A stretch of DNA of 64,000 nt. Source: Amoebophrya sp. A120. Taxonomy: Eukaryota; Protista; Dinoflagellata. A program made the translations under genes and the position numbers. Numbering within the stretch: position 1 is the first letter of the stretch; each line of letters begins with the position of its first letter. The notes below the pieces were generated by a model. That model saw only the letters and a list, made by a program, of their open reading frames with translations, searched no databases and had not been told where the DNA came from. Positions 11,252 through 23,015 of the stretch are shown piece by piece. The DNA is taken from positions 5,682,828 to 5,746,827 of the forward strand of contig CAJINV010000004.1 in the NCBI GenBank assembly GCA_905178155.1, given 5' to 3'.

Positions 11252-12941
11252 TTTTACCGTGTGTCTCAGTAATTCTTCTTAATATTCCGCTGCGAGACTA
11301 GCACAGCGGTGTGTTTTCATACAACTTGGTGGCCAATTGTCAATGACAAAGTCTCCCCGTTGCCGTTCACTCTGCTAGTAACCATACGTTTGTTTTTTTG
11401 GAAGGCCTGCTACATTCTTTCTTCATCTGTTTCCTATTATCAACGCACGGTGGAATTTTGCTTATGGGAGTAGCTTTATAGTCTCATCAAGCTCTACCGC
11501 ATACGCGATCCGTTCGGCTGGCTTTCAACAATTCCTATGAAGGGTGGGGCTCAGTGTTACAACTATCGCAGCCATGTCAAAATCACCGCAGTTTGGTCTG
11601 GTTAACACGTACTCATCAATCAGCCGACTATCACTATGTGCAGCAGAATAACGTATCACTATGGAATAGACAGAAACAGCACAAATCAATTTATACTCTT
11701 ACGTACATCTCGTTCTCGTAGTAGATAGCCATAAACAAAGTATTTGTATTTGTCATATGTGCATTATGCTTATTTTCTACGGCGCTCGTCCCGCATGCAC
11801 TTCGTCACGATCTATGCTCGACCACACGGTATGCTTTCTCGCTAAGCAGGCAGCAGCTGGTCATCGCTCTGCATTTGTTTTTCCAAAAGCTAGGGTAGGT
11901 TGAAAGGATCAAGACCACCACCAGCGAAAGTTGTGCGCAAGTGCAACCACATCATGATCATTGGGGAGGAACTAGCTTGACGTCTTTTTTGTCGGTGAAC
12001 TTGCTAATTTCAAATTGTTCGCCAGACCCCCAAATAAAGTGATCCACCTGTCTTGTATGGCTGCGCACACGAATGAAACAATTTCAACAGCACACTCCAG
12101 TCGGCGCCGCCGCTCATATGTATACAAAGAGAAAAAAAGCCGCCGGCGACATGGGACAGGCACGGGGCTTGGGCGAACATCTGAGATCTCCATCATACAT
12201 CACTGAAGCGTCACCGGGCAGAGCCGGACTTCTAGCTCACGCACTGATATCCATTCTCGCCGATGTTGCTGGGCTACGATATTAAAACTCAAGTGGGCCA
12301 TTGATGCACCCTCCTTCTAATAGTGACACTGTTTCTGTTCATCTTTATTTCGGTCTCTAGGCAGTGGGCTTCTGAGAGCAACCAAGCAGTCGACGCCTGG
12401 CGCTCCAACGGATCGCGACCAACAGCTGAGCGGACATCTCCCACTGTAGTTTCGTGCCGGAGTATCTAACTATATTCGTAGAGATTAGTTACGTTAGATT
12501 GCCTCCAACGCCTTTAATAACGGGTTCGGACAGAAGGACCAGCACACACCTTAGTTCCCCGTCGGCGTTGCTGCTATCCATTTCCATCCAACCACAAGGC
12601 CCAAAACAATACCTCTCTTCTTGCTCTTCCTTGCGTCATTCGAGTACGTGCCTTAATACAACGCCTGGAAGGCCCTACTAGGTCTTCATTCCTTTCTACG
12701 GGCGAATAATGTCTTGTCAGTCACAGTGACTGACATAAACATTCCTCTACGAAAATGAAACATGCGTAAGGTGCGGAAAATAAAACCAATGTATCAGTGA
12801 CGCAGAGAAGTACTACTATCTTGACTGAAGTATTCTCATCAATTATACTGCTCTTATTTTCGGGGAGTAAACTCCCAAGTCAAACACGCAAAAAAATCCT
12901 TAAAATTGAATGGATGAAGAATACGCCAGACTCGACCTGGA

Positions 12942-15900
12942 TCAACGAGGAGGCCCGGGGGATAATTCTACAGGGTCTCCAACAAAAAGGTCAGGGTAAA
13001 GCGACTTCCAGAGGTCTCCAATCGGACGCAGCATATGACTTTCATCGCCTTCTTTGCTAACAAAAGCAATGCTCGGCACCTTTCCCTGGGTGAGAAAAGC
13101 AAGCTGCTTTTGCCAAACAAAGGCGTGCCTAGATTGGTTTGAAAGGGCAATCGCTATATCTGGCCGATCACCCAGTAGTTCCGTTGCGGGACAACAAAAC
13201 GGCGGCGGATCATGCCCGTGCGAAGCCGCTACCGTGCGTGCTTGTTCAGCTTTAGCGGCATGGTCCATTGCGTCTTGAATCAGGCTCGCTCCGCCCTCCA
13301 CATTGAGAACAATGTACGTGACATGCTCCGGCTTTGCTTCCGTTGCTTCGCCACTCGCTTGATCTCGGGGGCAGTCTTGGTCCGGGCAGGAGAACAGCAG
13401 ACCAATGTTCTTGTTCTGGAGTGTGGGCAAAGTATAGGTGGGCACAGGCCAAGAGCGGAAGGCCAAGCATTTGGTTTGTCGCAGCACTGTCTTTCGGTTG
13501 CGGTACTGCTTGTGGTCCGGAGGTAGAAGAGTGGAGGCTGTGGCAGGCCACCTCCCTGCAATCATGCATAAAGCGACGAGCGCATTTGCTGACCTGACCA
13601 AAAAAGTGCCAGGGCCTCGTCCTTGTCGAATGAAAGCTCGACAGAGGGCGATCGGAAGTGCAGGCACGAAAGAAAAGGAAAAGGGTGCCACAACACCTGC
13701 ACCGCCCTGCCGCTTCCTGCAATGGGCCCATAGCTTCGCCACAACAAAGTTAAGCCAACTCCTGCATGCGATGCCTAACTAAAATGGGCTTTCAGAGAAC
13801 GGGAGGAAACCTCGCCAGGGCGGTCGGCAGACGGAGAGCCGCCGGGGGGCGGACTGAGGTACACACTGAGGCCACGGCCGGCCGGCTTAGCACTTCTGGC
13901 CGCCGGAGGCACTTTTATTTGCTACCCACAACACGGCCGCGCCAATTAATACTCTGAGCCCCGGCCGAAGGAGCTAGCGTGGTGAGTGGGAGCGGGGGGT
14001 GCGCGCGAGGGCGGGCGCGAATACGGTAGCGACCGCTGGCCGAAGGCACTACAAGGCTTGCATACGCGGCTGATGCCCTCTGCGACGGGTGGGCTGTCTA
14101 ATGGGCACCACAGTGCGGCCAGCGGCCCCGGGCAAGAAACAACCTGCGCTTATCAAAATTTCAAATGCTTTTTTTTCTGCTCTAGCTGCGTTTTCCATGT
14201 TTAATGCGGCTTGCTCAGCGCGTTCGAGTTGGGATTAACGTCGGACTGGTGGCCCGGCCAATGTTTGGCATCGAAATACAACTTCATATCTGCCGGCGCT
14301 CCGGTTCTTTTCAGCTCATGATGCGTAATGTAGCCTTGTAGGTTTTTGTTCTCTTCTGTAACTCCGCCACACCCATTGGACAAGTTTGGCTCTTTATAGA
14401 GGAAAATCGCAACGCCCTGATCTGCTCGGCGTTTGGAGCCTTTAAGGAAACACGGCATGCTTGCGATGAGAAGCCTCTAATGCGAATCCGGGTTGATACT
14501 TCCTTATGCGCATTCGCGCTTTTGACCTAAACCTAAAAAAAGGGTGTGTATGCTTAGGATCACGGGCCCGCCCGGTTTTTCATGATCTACTGCACGAAAG
14601 ATCGGCTGCGCCGGTCTGCCGCGCAGCCGAGGAAGGCGGGTACGCAGATGCTGATTGCGGCGATCATATCTGGCAGCCTTCACCGAGAGGTGGAACACAT
14701 GATCACAGAACACACAATCCAGGGAGCACCCAAAGCCGCGCAGCTTCGCAAGATAGAAACAGGGTACCCGGGCGCCCCCCGGGTTTCTGTCGTTCGGTCG
14801 CCCGTTACGATAAAGAAGAGCCTCCGGCCCCCTCTTTGCTTTTCCCAGCCATCCTCGGATGGGCCGGGCCGGCGACGGGGCGGTGGGGAGCGCCGTGTTG
14901 CATGCCAGGCGGCACCCACACCGTCCCACACAACAAGGCACGGCCCGCCTGCTGCCACCAGCATTGTTCTCCGGCTACCACCTTGATGGGGCGCGGCAGC
15001 CAGCTTCTCTGCGGGCGTGCAGCCGCAGGGCATGCACATGGGCCGATCTTGGTTTCGAGCGAAAAAGCGCTCTGTTGCTTTTGCTACTAGCGGCGCCACC
15101 GTTACGTTTGCAGCCCGCCCCCATTCCTGGGGCGGCAAATTATCCTTGTCAAGGGGCGGCTGAAAAGACATTGCTGGTGCGCCAGCGCATCTTGCTACTG
15201 CTGCGACGGCGGTAGCGCGTAGTCGTCGCGCGCTCCGCTGGGTCATGTTTACCTCTGAGAAGCAGGGGGCGCCATATATGCAGGCCAAAGGCGCCGAGAC
15301 ATTTTCGGGACGTTGGGATTTCACTTTGCGAACCGAAAGTGGCCCTTCGGGTAGTCATACCGCTCCTCTGCTTTGCATTTGGTCTCCGGGGGCTCTGGCT
15401 TCGACCAAGCTGTAATGACATCTTCATGCCAGTGAGGAACGAAATACACCTGTGGGTGTGGTGTCGAAGTCGATATGACCTCGAAGGTCGACTGAGCTGG
15501 AGACACTTTGGCGAAGTTGCCTTGCCCTGTACGAAGGCCATTTTTTACGACATCGCAACGCGCGAATGCACCAGCTGCTTTCAGGTCCTCCTTGACCGTT
15601 TTCGTTTTTTCACACTTATCTGCTTCTAGCGGAATCTCTGTCGCACCTCTCATAAGTCTTCCTAAGTTTTGCTGCGCGCGAACGGCGTTTCGGTGTTCGC
15701 GACGCTGCCTGACAGACTCTTCTTCTTGGCAATAGAACCACGAGCCATCGGGCATGGGCCATCGCTCCCGCACCGTCACCTTGCGCTGCAAATAGTCGCA
15801 GGGCTCGCACGCTTCTCTGGCTGCAACGTTGACACGCCGGAGCTGACTGGTCCCGGCTGTTCCATGTTGCTGGCTGCCTAGCTCTTCGTTCCACAGGTCG

Positions 15901-16915
15901 ACCAATGCGTTGAGACTCTGTTGATAGCTATGCAATGGGTGATCTGGATTGAGGTCCACACCAATCACCTGGACCTTTGTGTGCAAGCCTGACTGGATTT
16001 CGTCGTCAAAATTCTCGAGCCTTCTCTCTATGTCCTGGAGCATTGTTTCGGCGATTGCGAATTTTTGTATCAATTCGGGGCCTTATCCTCTACAAAAATT
16101 TTCCGCCCGGCCCTGGCCAAAAACAACAGCGACTTGCGCTAGCCCTAAAAACCGAGCGTCATGTGTGTGCGCAAGCCCTCGCTGGTGCCTGCCCCTCCCG
16201 GCTTTGGCCGCGGTGATTCCCGAGGGCCATGCCTTCTGCCCTTTGCGCGATATCATGCTTTGCACTACAGGGCCCAACGCGTGCCCGGTGTTTGGCCCGG
16301 GCTACTCACCGTGAGCGGGAACCCCGCGCGCACATGTTCACTACCAATACGCCGAGGGTGCTGCGTTTGTTATGCCTGCAAATGTGTAAGTACGGGCGTC
16401 GAAACGAGCAGGGCGGGCGGCCTTTTTGCGCTGGATAGATGTTCTTTGTGGAGCTTGGCCAAGCCCAAGCCAGAATGTGCAACCGTTTGCTGCTGGGCTT
16501 GTCGTGCGAGGCCGACCAGATTTCGAATGGCACTCATACGTTCATGGAAGGCCTGCGGCTGGTCGCTATCCCTTTCCAAGTCTGCCACCGCGGCGGCCAG
16601 CAGGTCCAGATGGACAGTTGGCGAGGGGCCGCGGGCGAGCGAGAAAGAGAGGACCGACGCTGTCGAATCTTCCTCCCGCTTGTCAAAGTTTTCTTCTATG
16701 AACTCCTCTCCCAGAGCTTGTTTCACAAATGGGTCATCCACCACATTCTCCGCAATCATTTTCGTGTCTAACGCGTCTTCTAGCTTGGCTTCTTCCTGCA
16801 CTAATGGGTTGGTCTCAGGTTTCTTCGCGACGAAATTTTGTGCAACCATTAGGTTCGCATGCAAAGTCACCTTGTCGTCTGCACCAGCTCCTTGAAATGA
16901 TCCCAAGGCGGGCAA
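12942..16915 (-). pseudogene. Fragmented coding-like region (pseudogene, or gene with unresolved introns or errors)
   Basis: Colinear protein-like minus ORFs (16370-16915, 15321-16073, 14201-14458, 12942-13742) are broken by frame changes. A CCCH-like motif PCFYLAKLRGFGCSLDCVFCDH lies near 14700-14770. No family recognised. Confidence 0.35.
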
Positions 16916-19777
16916 GTCCCTGTTACCCCGCTCACTGCTATGATTTCTTCAGGCGTTACTGCCTCAAACGGCGCAAATAGGTGCGCCCCTCTTTCGCTTT
17001 ACAGTCATTTGCGATAGAAACGGAAATAATTATATATAATAAAATGAAGGACACTTATGCAAAAACGGCCATGGAAGCGCATTTCGGGCCGCCCGGCCCA
17101 GTTCAACGCCACGACGATAATTCCGCCTGGCATACATACTAAGCCGACGAGCATAAAGCGAACGGGGCCGGGCCACGCATTTGTACAGCCCTCTATGCGC
17201 ACCCGCACGTCCCCGGCCCGGGGCCTGCCAACGTTGTGGGGCCATAATTTTTCCCCCGCCCTGCATCTTTTTCGGGACTGCCCCGCGACCTTGTCTTTGC
17301 GGCCGCGGTGCGTCACATTATATCAATTGCTTTCGACGCTGAAGGCCTTTTGCCCATCTAGGGTTCGGCCATTAGCATTGCTCTTTGTCGAAAAACTTTA
17401 TTTTTCTAGGCTGTACTAGTACTACGCCGCGGCCGCCGTAGTGCGCACGTCTGATTGACAAGGGCACACCACACCGGCCGGCCAATCTTTGCCCGGGGCA
17501 CATTCTTTGTTTCATTCTCGCACCACTCTCGGCCGGGGACCTAGAGTCGCCGGGGCCCCTTGCCTCAACTTGTCCGGGCTGTGTGCCAGGTACTCGGACC
17601 TGCCACCGAGTACCCACCACCTGGCTTCGCCCCGAGAGGGGCGGCACTCCGGGGGCCCACCCTGCTCCACCGTCTAGTTGCCCTACGCCCAGCAGCCATT
17701 ATGGCTATAAAACTATCTTCGCCGCGGGCGGTCGGCCCCCGCTTTTGAGGCACGGGGGCGCAATGATTTCACTACCCATCCTGCCGGTGCAGCTGCGTCA
17801 CACGAAAACACCTGAAGCCCCAATCCCAACCCACGCTCGCCCCAACGGGCTGATCTTCACTGCCCACGCACACGGCGCGAGCGGCTGCAGACCTGGTTTC
17901 ACTTCGTCCGCCATAATGCGCCTTTGCTTTTGGAGTCCAGTTCGATGTTGGCGTGTCGTTTGCTGAAAAACACGCCCACGGCACATGGTCGTCCAGACCA
18001 ACTAAGAAGACGGGGGCCCCTGCAACGATTGAAACTTCGATAACGTCTGAGGAAACCATAGCAGTCCTTTTCTGTGAGGCCTGTAATGTGAGTAGCTGCG
18101 CACCTGATCTTCAGAGAAGTCTTGTCCTCGGTCCTGTGACTTTCCGCATTATACGGTACCAAGATGTTGTCCTCCTGCGCTGCGGCAATGCAATACGGGG
18201 CGGTAATCTGTCGTGTTTACAGTGTGGCGAGTAGTAATACAATACAGTAAGGCGAGTGAGTACTCTATACTATTACTGAAAGGACAAATTAATAGATAGC
18301 AAACGAGGCAAGCGATGGCAACGAAAGTGAAACTGCGCGGAGCCACACCGCATCAATACTTGGCGCCCAACCCTAGGCGTTCGCCCGTGCCATGTGCGCA
18401 AGAATGCAGCCACTGAGCATCAAGCGATCGGGGCGCACGCCTGCTCCGTGCCCGCCTTGCCACAGACATGCCTGAACGCCCAACAGGTTGTAATTAAAGG
18501 GTGCTCAACGACTCCTCGCTAGGGAGTAGCCAACACAGTGCAGCCGCGGCGGCTCCGTCCAACAGGACAATGTAGCCGCCGCGAGTATTTGCTTCCGCGT
18601 CGGAGTACTGCGCAACGGGCCCGAGAGAAGGCCCAGAAACTGTGGGCGGGGAGATTGGCCTAGCTACGGCATGTCCCTTCGTTTTCCTAGCTGCATGCCT
18701 ATCGCCTTCTGCTGCGGGGACAAGGGCGCGAGATGCTGAGTGAACGATAAAAGGGCGGCGCCCAAACCTGCTATTGCGCCAGCGTGGTCGCGCTGCGCCA
18801 CCGATGCCAGCGGCTTTTTGTGTTTTCCGCCCCAGAATGTCTTCGAAAGCGTGGGCCATACAAATGCACGGCAAGAGGCCCCAAGGCTAATGTGTTCTGT
18901 TTTCCTGGCCTCGTCTTCCTCCTTCATGCCTCTTTCGGTCGGTCCATAATGGGACTCGCCGCAACCGACCCAACAAAGGACAAAACACGAGCCCATCGGC
19001 CGGACCCAGGTAAAAAGAAGGCCGCACACCCTCTGTACCCGAAGTCACAGGCGATCAGCCGTTCTTACGGTGTTTTTACACAGCGTTCAAAGCAGATCGC
19101 GTTGGGGCGAGGCCCCGAGGCCACCTGCGCGCTCCTTTCGCCGTTGCACGTAACCCCTGGTCCCCAGCAACCGGACGTGCTGGTGCTACATCGTTGTACT
19201 TCACAAACCCAAGCGGCCTTTGCGCGCATCTTATGGCGCGCGAGTAACTGTCTGACATATGCAGCTAGTGATCCCTGAGAGTCAGCCCTTTGCAAGAGCC
19301 TGGAGGGGCTTAAACACTGCAACAAGACCAAATGCCGCCCGTTTTAGCGGTGAGCGACCGAGCGTAGGGAGTCGCGCAATTTGAGTGCATCCGAAAACCC
19401 ACTGCCGCTGCACTTCAGAAGAGCGCCACACCTCTACCACCTCATCCGTGTGGGCAAATTAGCCCCCAAAGAACCGCCAGTGATGTTGAGCAGCCCGCCC
19501 CACGTGCTCAACCTGACGTCAAACCGGAATCAAGAACCACAGCGCGACCTACCCTCTTTAGGGGCCGCACTGACTCCCTTGTTGCCGAAGCAGAAGGAGA
19601 GGCATACCGACGCCACCGGGGGATACAGGAAAACGCGGAGTCATGGCCTGCCCCGCCAGTTGCTACCGCCTAGGCTTGGAGCCTTGCCTTTTGTTTTCTT
19701 TCTCTATCGATCATTCTTTCTTTTCTCTTCTCTTGTTCACAAAACCAAAATGCTGCTCTGGGCAGACAAAACATTGC

Positions 19778-20898
19778 TCATCTATTGAGCGAGAGGGCTG
19801 TAGCCTGCTGCAATACCTCCCATATCGCAATCTGCCTGAGCTCCGCCCATCGGTGCAGGCGGTTTCCGTCAAAACAAGGGTCTTCTTTTGTCGCATCGTT
19901 TCCGGCACTCTTAAGATACTGTTCGGTGGCGGGAGTGTCTTTAGAACCCATCCAAAAGGGTGTAGTCGTCAAACTTGGCGGGCAAGGGTTCATGATTTCG
20001 TCCGTGCCTTCAAAGAAGGGCTTGATAGCTTCAGCAAATTCGAATTGGTCAGAGTCTTTCTCATCCTCATCGTTTTGGACGCCTTGTTGTAGTTTTCTCA
20101 ACTGCCTTGCCAAAAACTCTTTTCCCATTGTGATAAAGTGCTTGTGATATTGGAGTACATATCGAAGCGACCTACCCGCGATCGGAGGGTTCCTGCCGTA
20201 AAAATGCTGCACACACTCCATTTCGTCTTGGGCGCGATCTGCGTTTACCTCAGGGGCCCAACTGTGAATATCGACCTCGAGATATCCTATGTGAAAACGT
20301 CCCCACCCCAGAGTTGTAATACAGCAAATCTGCATGCCCAAAAGCAAAACGCTTCTCATGCGGAGCCCCATGAGAAACATTTTCTAGTCGTGTTTTGGAA
20401 TTTTTCGCGCTCCGATCAGCATGATGTCCTAAATCTGTGACGCTGCTGAACTACCTAAACAGGATTAGGCTACGATGCCAAACTTATCATGCACAACTTC
20501 CAAAGCTTGTTGATTTGTGTTTGTCTAGCAGATTTCCCATCTTGACTATGGAGTGCGGGTGGGGACGTTTTTACACAGGATACGACATCTTCCTCTGTGA
20601 TGTACCCCAGCGTCTGTGCCCAATAATTCGGCTTCCATTTACAGTCGTCTCCCAGCCAACCAAACTGACTGTAGGCAGCATGAGTGAGGTGATCTTTTGC
20701 GACCTTGATCCTCGAGGTATCATCAGAAGCCACAAGACTATTTAACATCGTGCTCATCGAGATCGACCCATGGTCAGCTTGCGATACTGAACTGGAAGCA
20801 ACACCAATCTGAATGGAATATTTTGCGCAGTTTGATTTATTTTGATTTTGAATCCTCATCAACCTTCGCCTTCCCTCACTTGAGAAATAGCGACGCAT
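19778..20898 (-). CDS. Hypothetical protein (3' exons; may extend upstream)
   Basis: ORFs 20470-20898 and 19778-20380 join in frame across element 20283-20582 (YITEEDV|EVDIHSWAPE). Confidence 0.6.
20283..20582. mobile_element. Introner intron, family C
   Basis: TATCCTATGTGAAAACGTCCCCACCC...GGGTGGGGACGTTTTTACACAGGATA. TSD CGAGA/CGACA (4/5). Confidence 0.92.
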
Positions 20899-22234
20899 GT
20901 GTGTGACAGGCTGGAGCGCTGGGCCGAGTCAAGGTTAATGAGCTGCAGAAAAAAACAGAAGGAACAGGAAGGTAGCGCCAGTACTCGTTGCAGAGGAAGT
21001 TCTTGCAGATCTTCCACGCAATCTAGAAAGTCCTATCTGCGACAAGCAACGTGCTCACCTAAACCAGAGCACGACTGCGGCCACCTTGAGATGGTTGGGC
21101 GAACCCGATGCAGACAGCCAGGCTCTGTGTCGATTTTCTAAAGTTGAGGACTGCGATCCCATCGCACCACATGGACCACCCGGCGCGGCAGACGGGACTG
21201 AAGACTCGCTCGCGCTTCCGAAGGGCATTCGCACGCGCCCTGCTGTGCGAATGCCCGGAGCAAAACACATGCAGAGTTTGCTGCGCCCCCGCCCGGGGTT
21301 CGGCGCGCTTCGTCTTTTTCCGTTCCCATGCTTCGGCGCCCTCGCACTGTTATGAAGGCTCGAGAAAATAAATCTTGCTTCCCCTACAGCATTCGCCCTT
21401 TGCGAGGTCGCTTGGGTATCCTAGAACTCGCAGTTGCCCGATCAATGTGAGAGCGGTGCTCCGGCTGGCCTTTCGTCTATCTTTCAGGGAGGCCGCGACT
21501 TGGCTTTTTTGAAAAGCGCCAGGAGGCGCGCTGGAGATTTGCGAGGCATTTTTGGCTGCTCCTCTCCGATTGCGGATTCGGACAGGCGATTTCGGACGCG
21601 CAGCTAGGTTTATTGCAAAGTAGCCGAACTACCCGGGACCCATTTCGGGTGCCGTTGAGAGAACGAGAAGATTTGTCGCCCAACCAAGCAGGTCCCTTGC
21701 TCAAAGTGCGGGAGAAAGTGAAAAGCAGAACATGTCCTGAAGGCGTCGGCATAAGATCTTTGCTGCTGAAAAGTTTAAAAACTATGGAAGCGGACCCACA
21801 TCAAGTACTATTTTGTTACGGACGTATCATCGGCGCGCCCTCACTCCGCACTCTTGTCTAGGGGATAGAGCAATGAATATATTGACTGCATAGAACAGAG
21901 TACGGGTACTTCCTCAATGAAAATACAGGATACCTGGAGCAGCGTGCTGTTACCGCCTGCCACTGGAGACGAGTACTTCTGTGGAAGTTGCTCTGAAGAT
22001 TCGAAGGACAGGGTGTGCACGTTCCCCCTCGTGCGACCAGGCTGAAAAGAAGCCATGTCGAGCCCTTTTCTCCTGTTCTTGTGTCGCGCTTCTGACACTG
22101 GGCGAGATTTTGGCACAGCCGAGCTTGATGCTGACCCGTAGTGTGTCTCGTCACGAGTCCGAGAGGACTTTTCGGTAGGAGGCGCCCGACCGTCACCGAC
22201 GGTGCGCTCTGTTGCTTCCACTTGCGCTGCATCT

Positions 22235-22295
22235 TCACCGGCATGCTCTGTTGCTGGTTTTGCTGCTTCCTGTCCAACAATGGGAGACGAGCGCG
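22235..22295 (+). repeat. Dispersed ~50-60 bp repeat, with copies at ~23956-24003 and ~26287-26350
   Basis: Core TGCTGGTTTTGCTGCTTCCTG(T/G)CCAACAATGGGAG occurs three times. On the minus strand it encodes SSPIVGQEAAKPA. Confidence 0.85.
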
Positions 22296-22893
22296 TGCGC
22301 AGCGGCGGCAGGGCAGCTACCTGCTCCCTTGGCGTCGGGCCACGGCCCACTCGTACGACATTGCTGACAGGTTAGAGGGCCGGCACTGCGCAGGGCTAGT
22401 TCCCCTCCGCAGCGCGATGCGCATGCAATGCCATGCGCCACGGCCGATCCCCGAAGGCCCTGCCCAACACGCAGGCTGTGTGTGGATTTGGCGGGGGGGG
22501 TCTGCGTCGGTGGGCGCTCTGGCACACAGGCCCCAGCCGCTACACCCGCCACGTCAGCAAAAGTAAAAAATCGGCCCGGCCAGTGCCCGCGCGCCCGTCC
22601 GGAGTTGTTAGCCCTCTACCCGAAACGCGTGGTGGGCACGGTGGCCACAAGCCTCACGGGCTCTGCACTTATCACGCCATCCCGTGATTCAAAAAAAAAA
22701 CCGGGGAGGCGCTTTGGCGCACAGAGGCAGCGCGCGTCTGTATCTGCCTGTCTCAGGGCTAAGAAAGGCGCGGCCAGATCTCCCGCACAGATCTAGTGCC
22801 CAGCTGGGAAAAGGGCCTGGGACAGGGGCCGGCCAAGAAAAAAAAGGCTGCGCGGACGAGAGCCAACCAGGCCGAGTTTCTCGATTCCAACGG

Positions 22894-23015
22894 CGAAACA
22901 GCTCGGGCGAAGGTGTTTCGACGTCGAAACACCTCCGCGCGACCTGTTTCGACAAAACGCCACCGATTAAATCGGCGAAACACCTTGGCGCGACCTGTTT
23001 CGCCGATTGAATCGG
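22894..23015. repeat. Nested palindromic array of a 27-bp unit
   Basis: CGAAACACCT(CC/TG)GCGCGACCTGTTTCG at 22925-22951 and 22976-23002, with an inverted copy at 22894-22920. Perfect palindrome GGTGTTTCGACGTCGAAACACC at 22912-22933. CCGATT(A/G)AATCGG at 22963-22975 and 23003-23015. Confidence 0.85.

Noticed and set aside
22894-23015. Possible CRISPR array
   Set aside because: Only three units, one inverted; spacers are 4 and 24 bp and largely palindromic; no cas genes; eukaryotic context.
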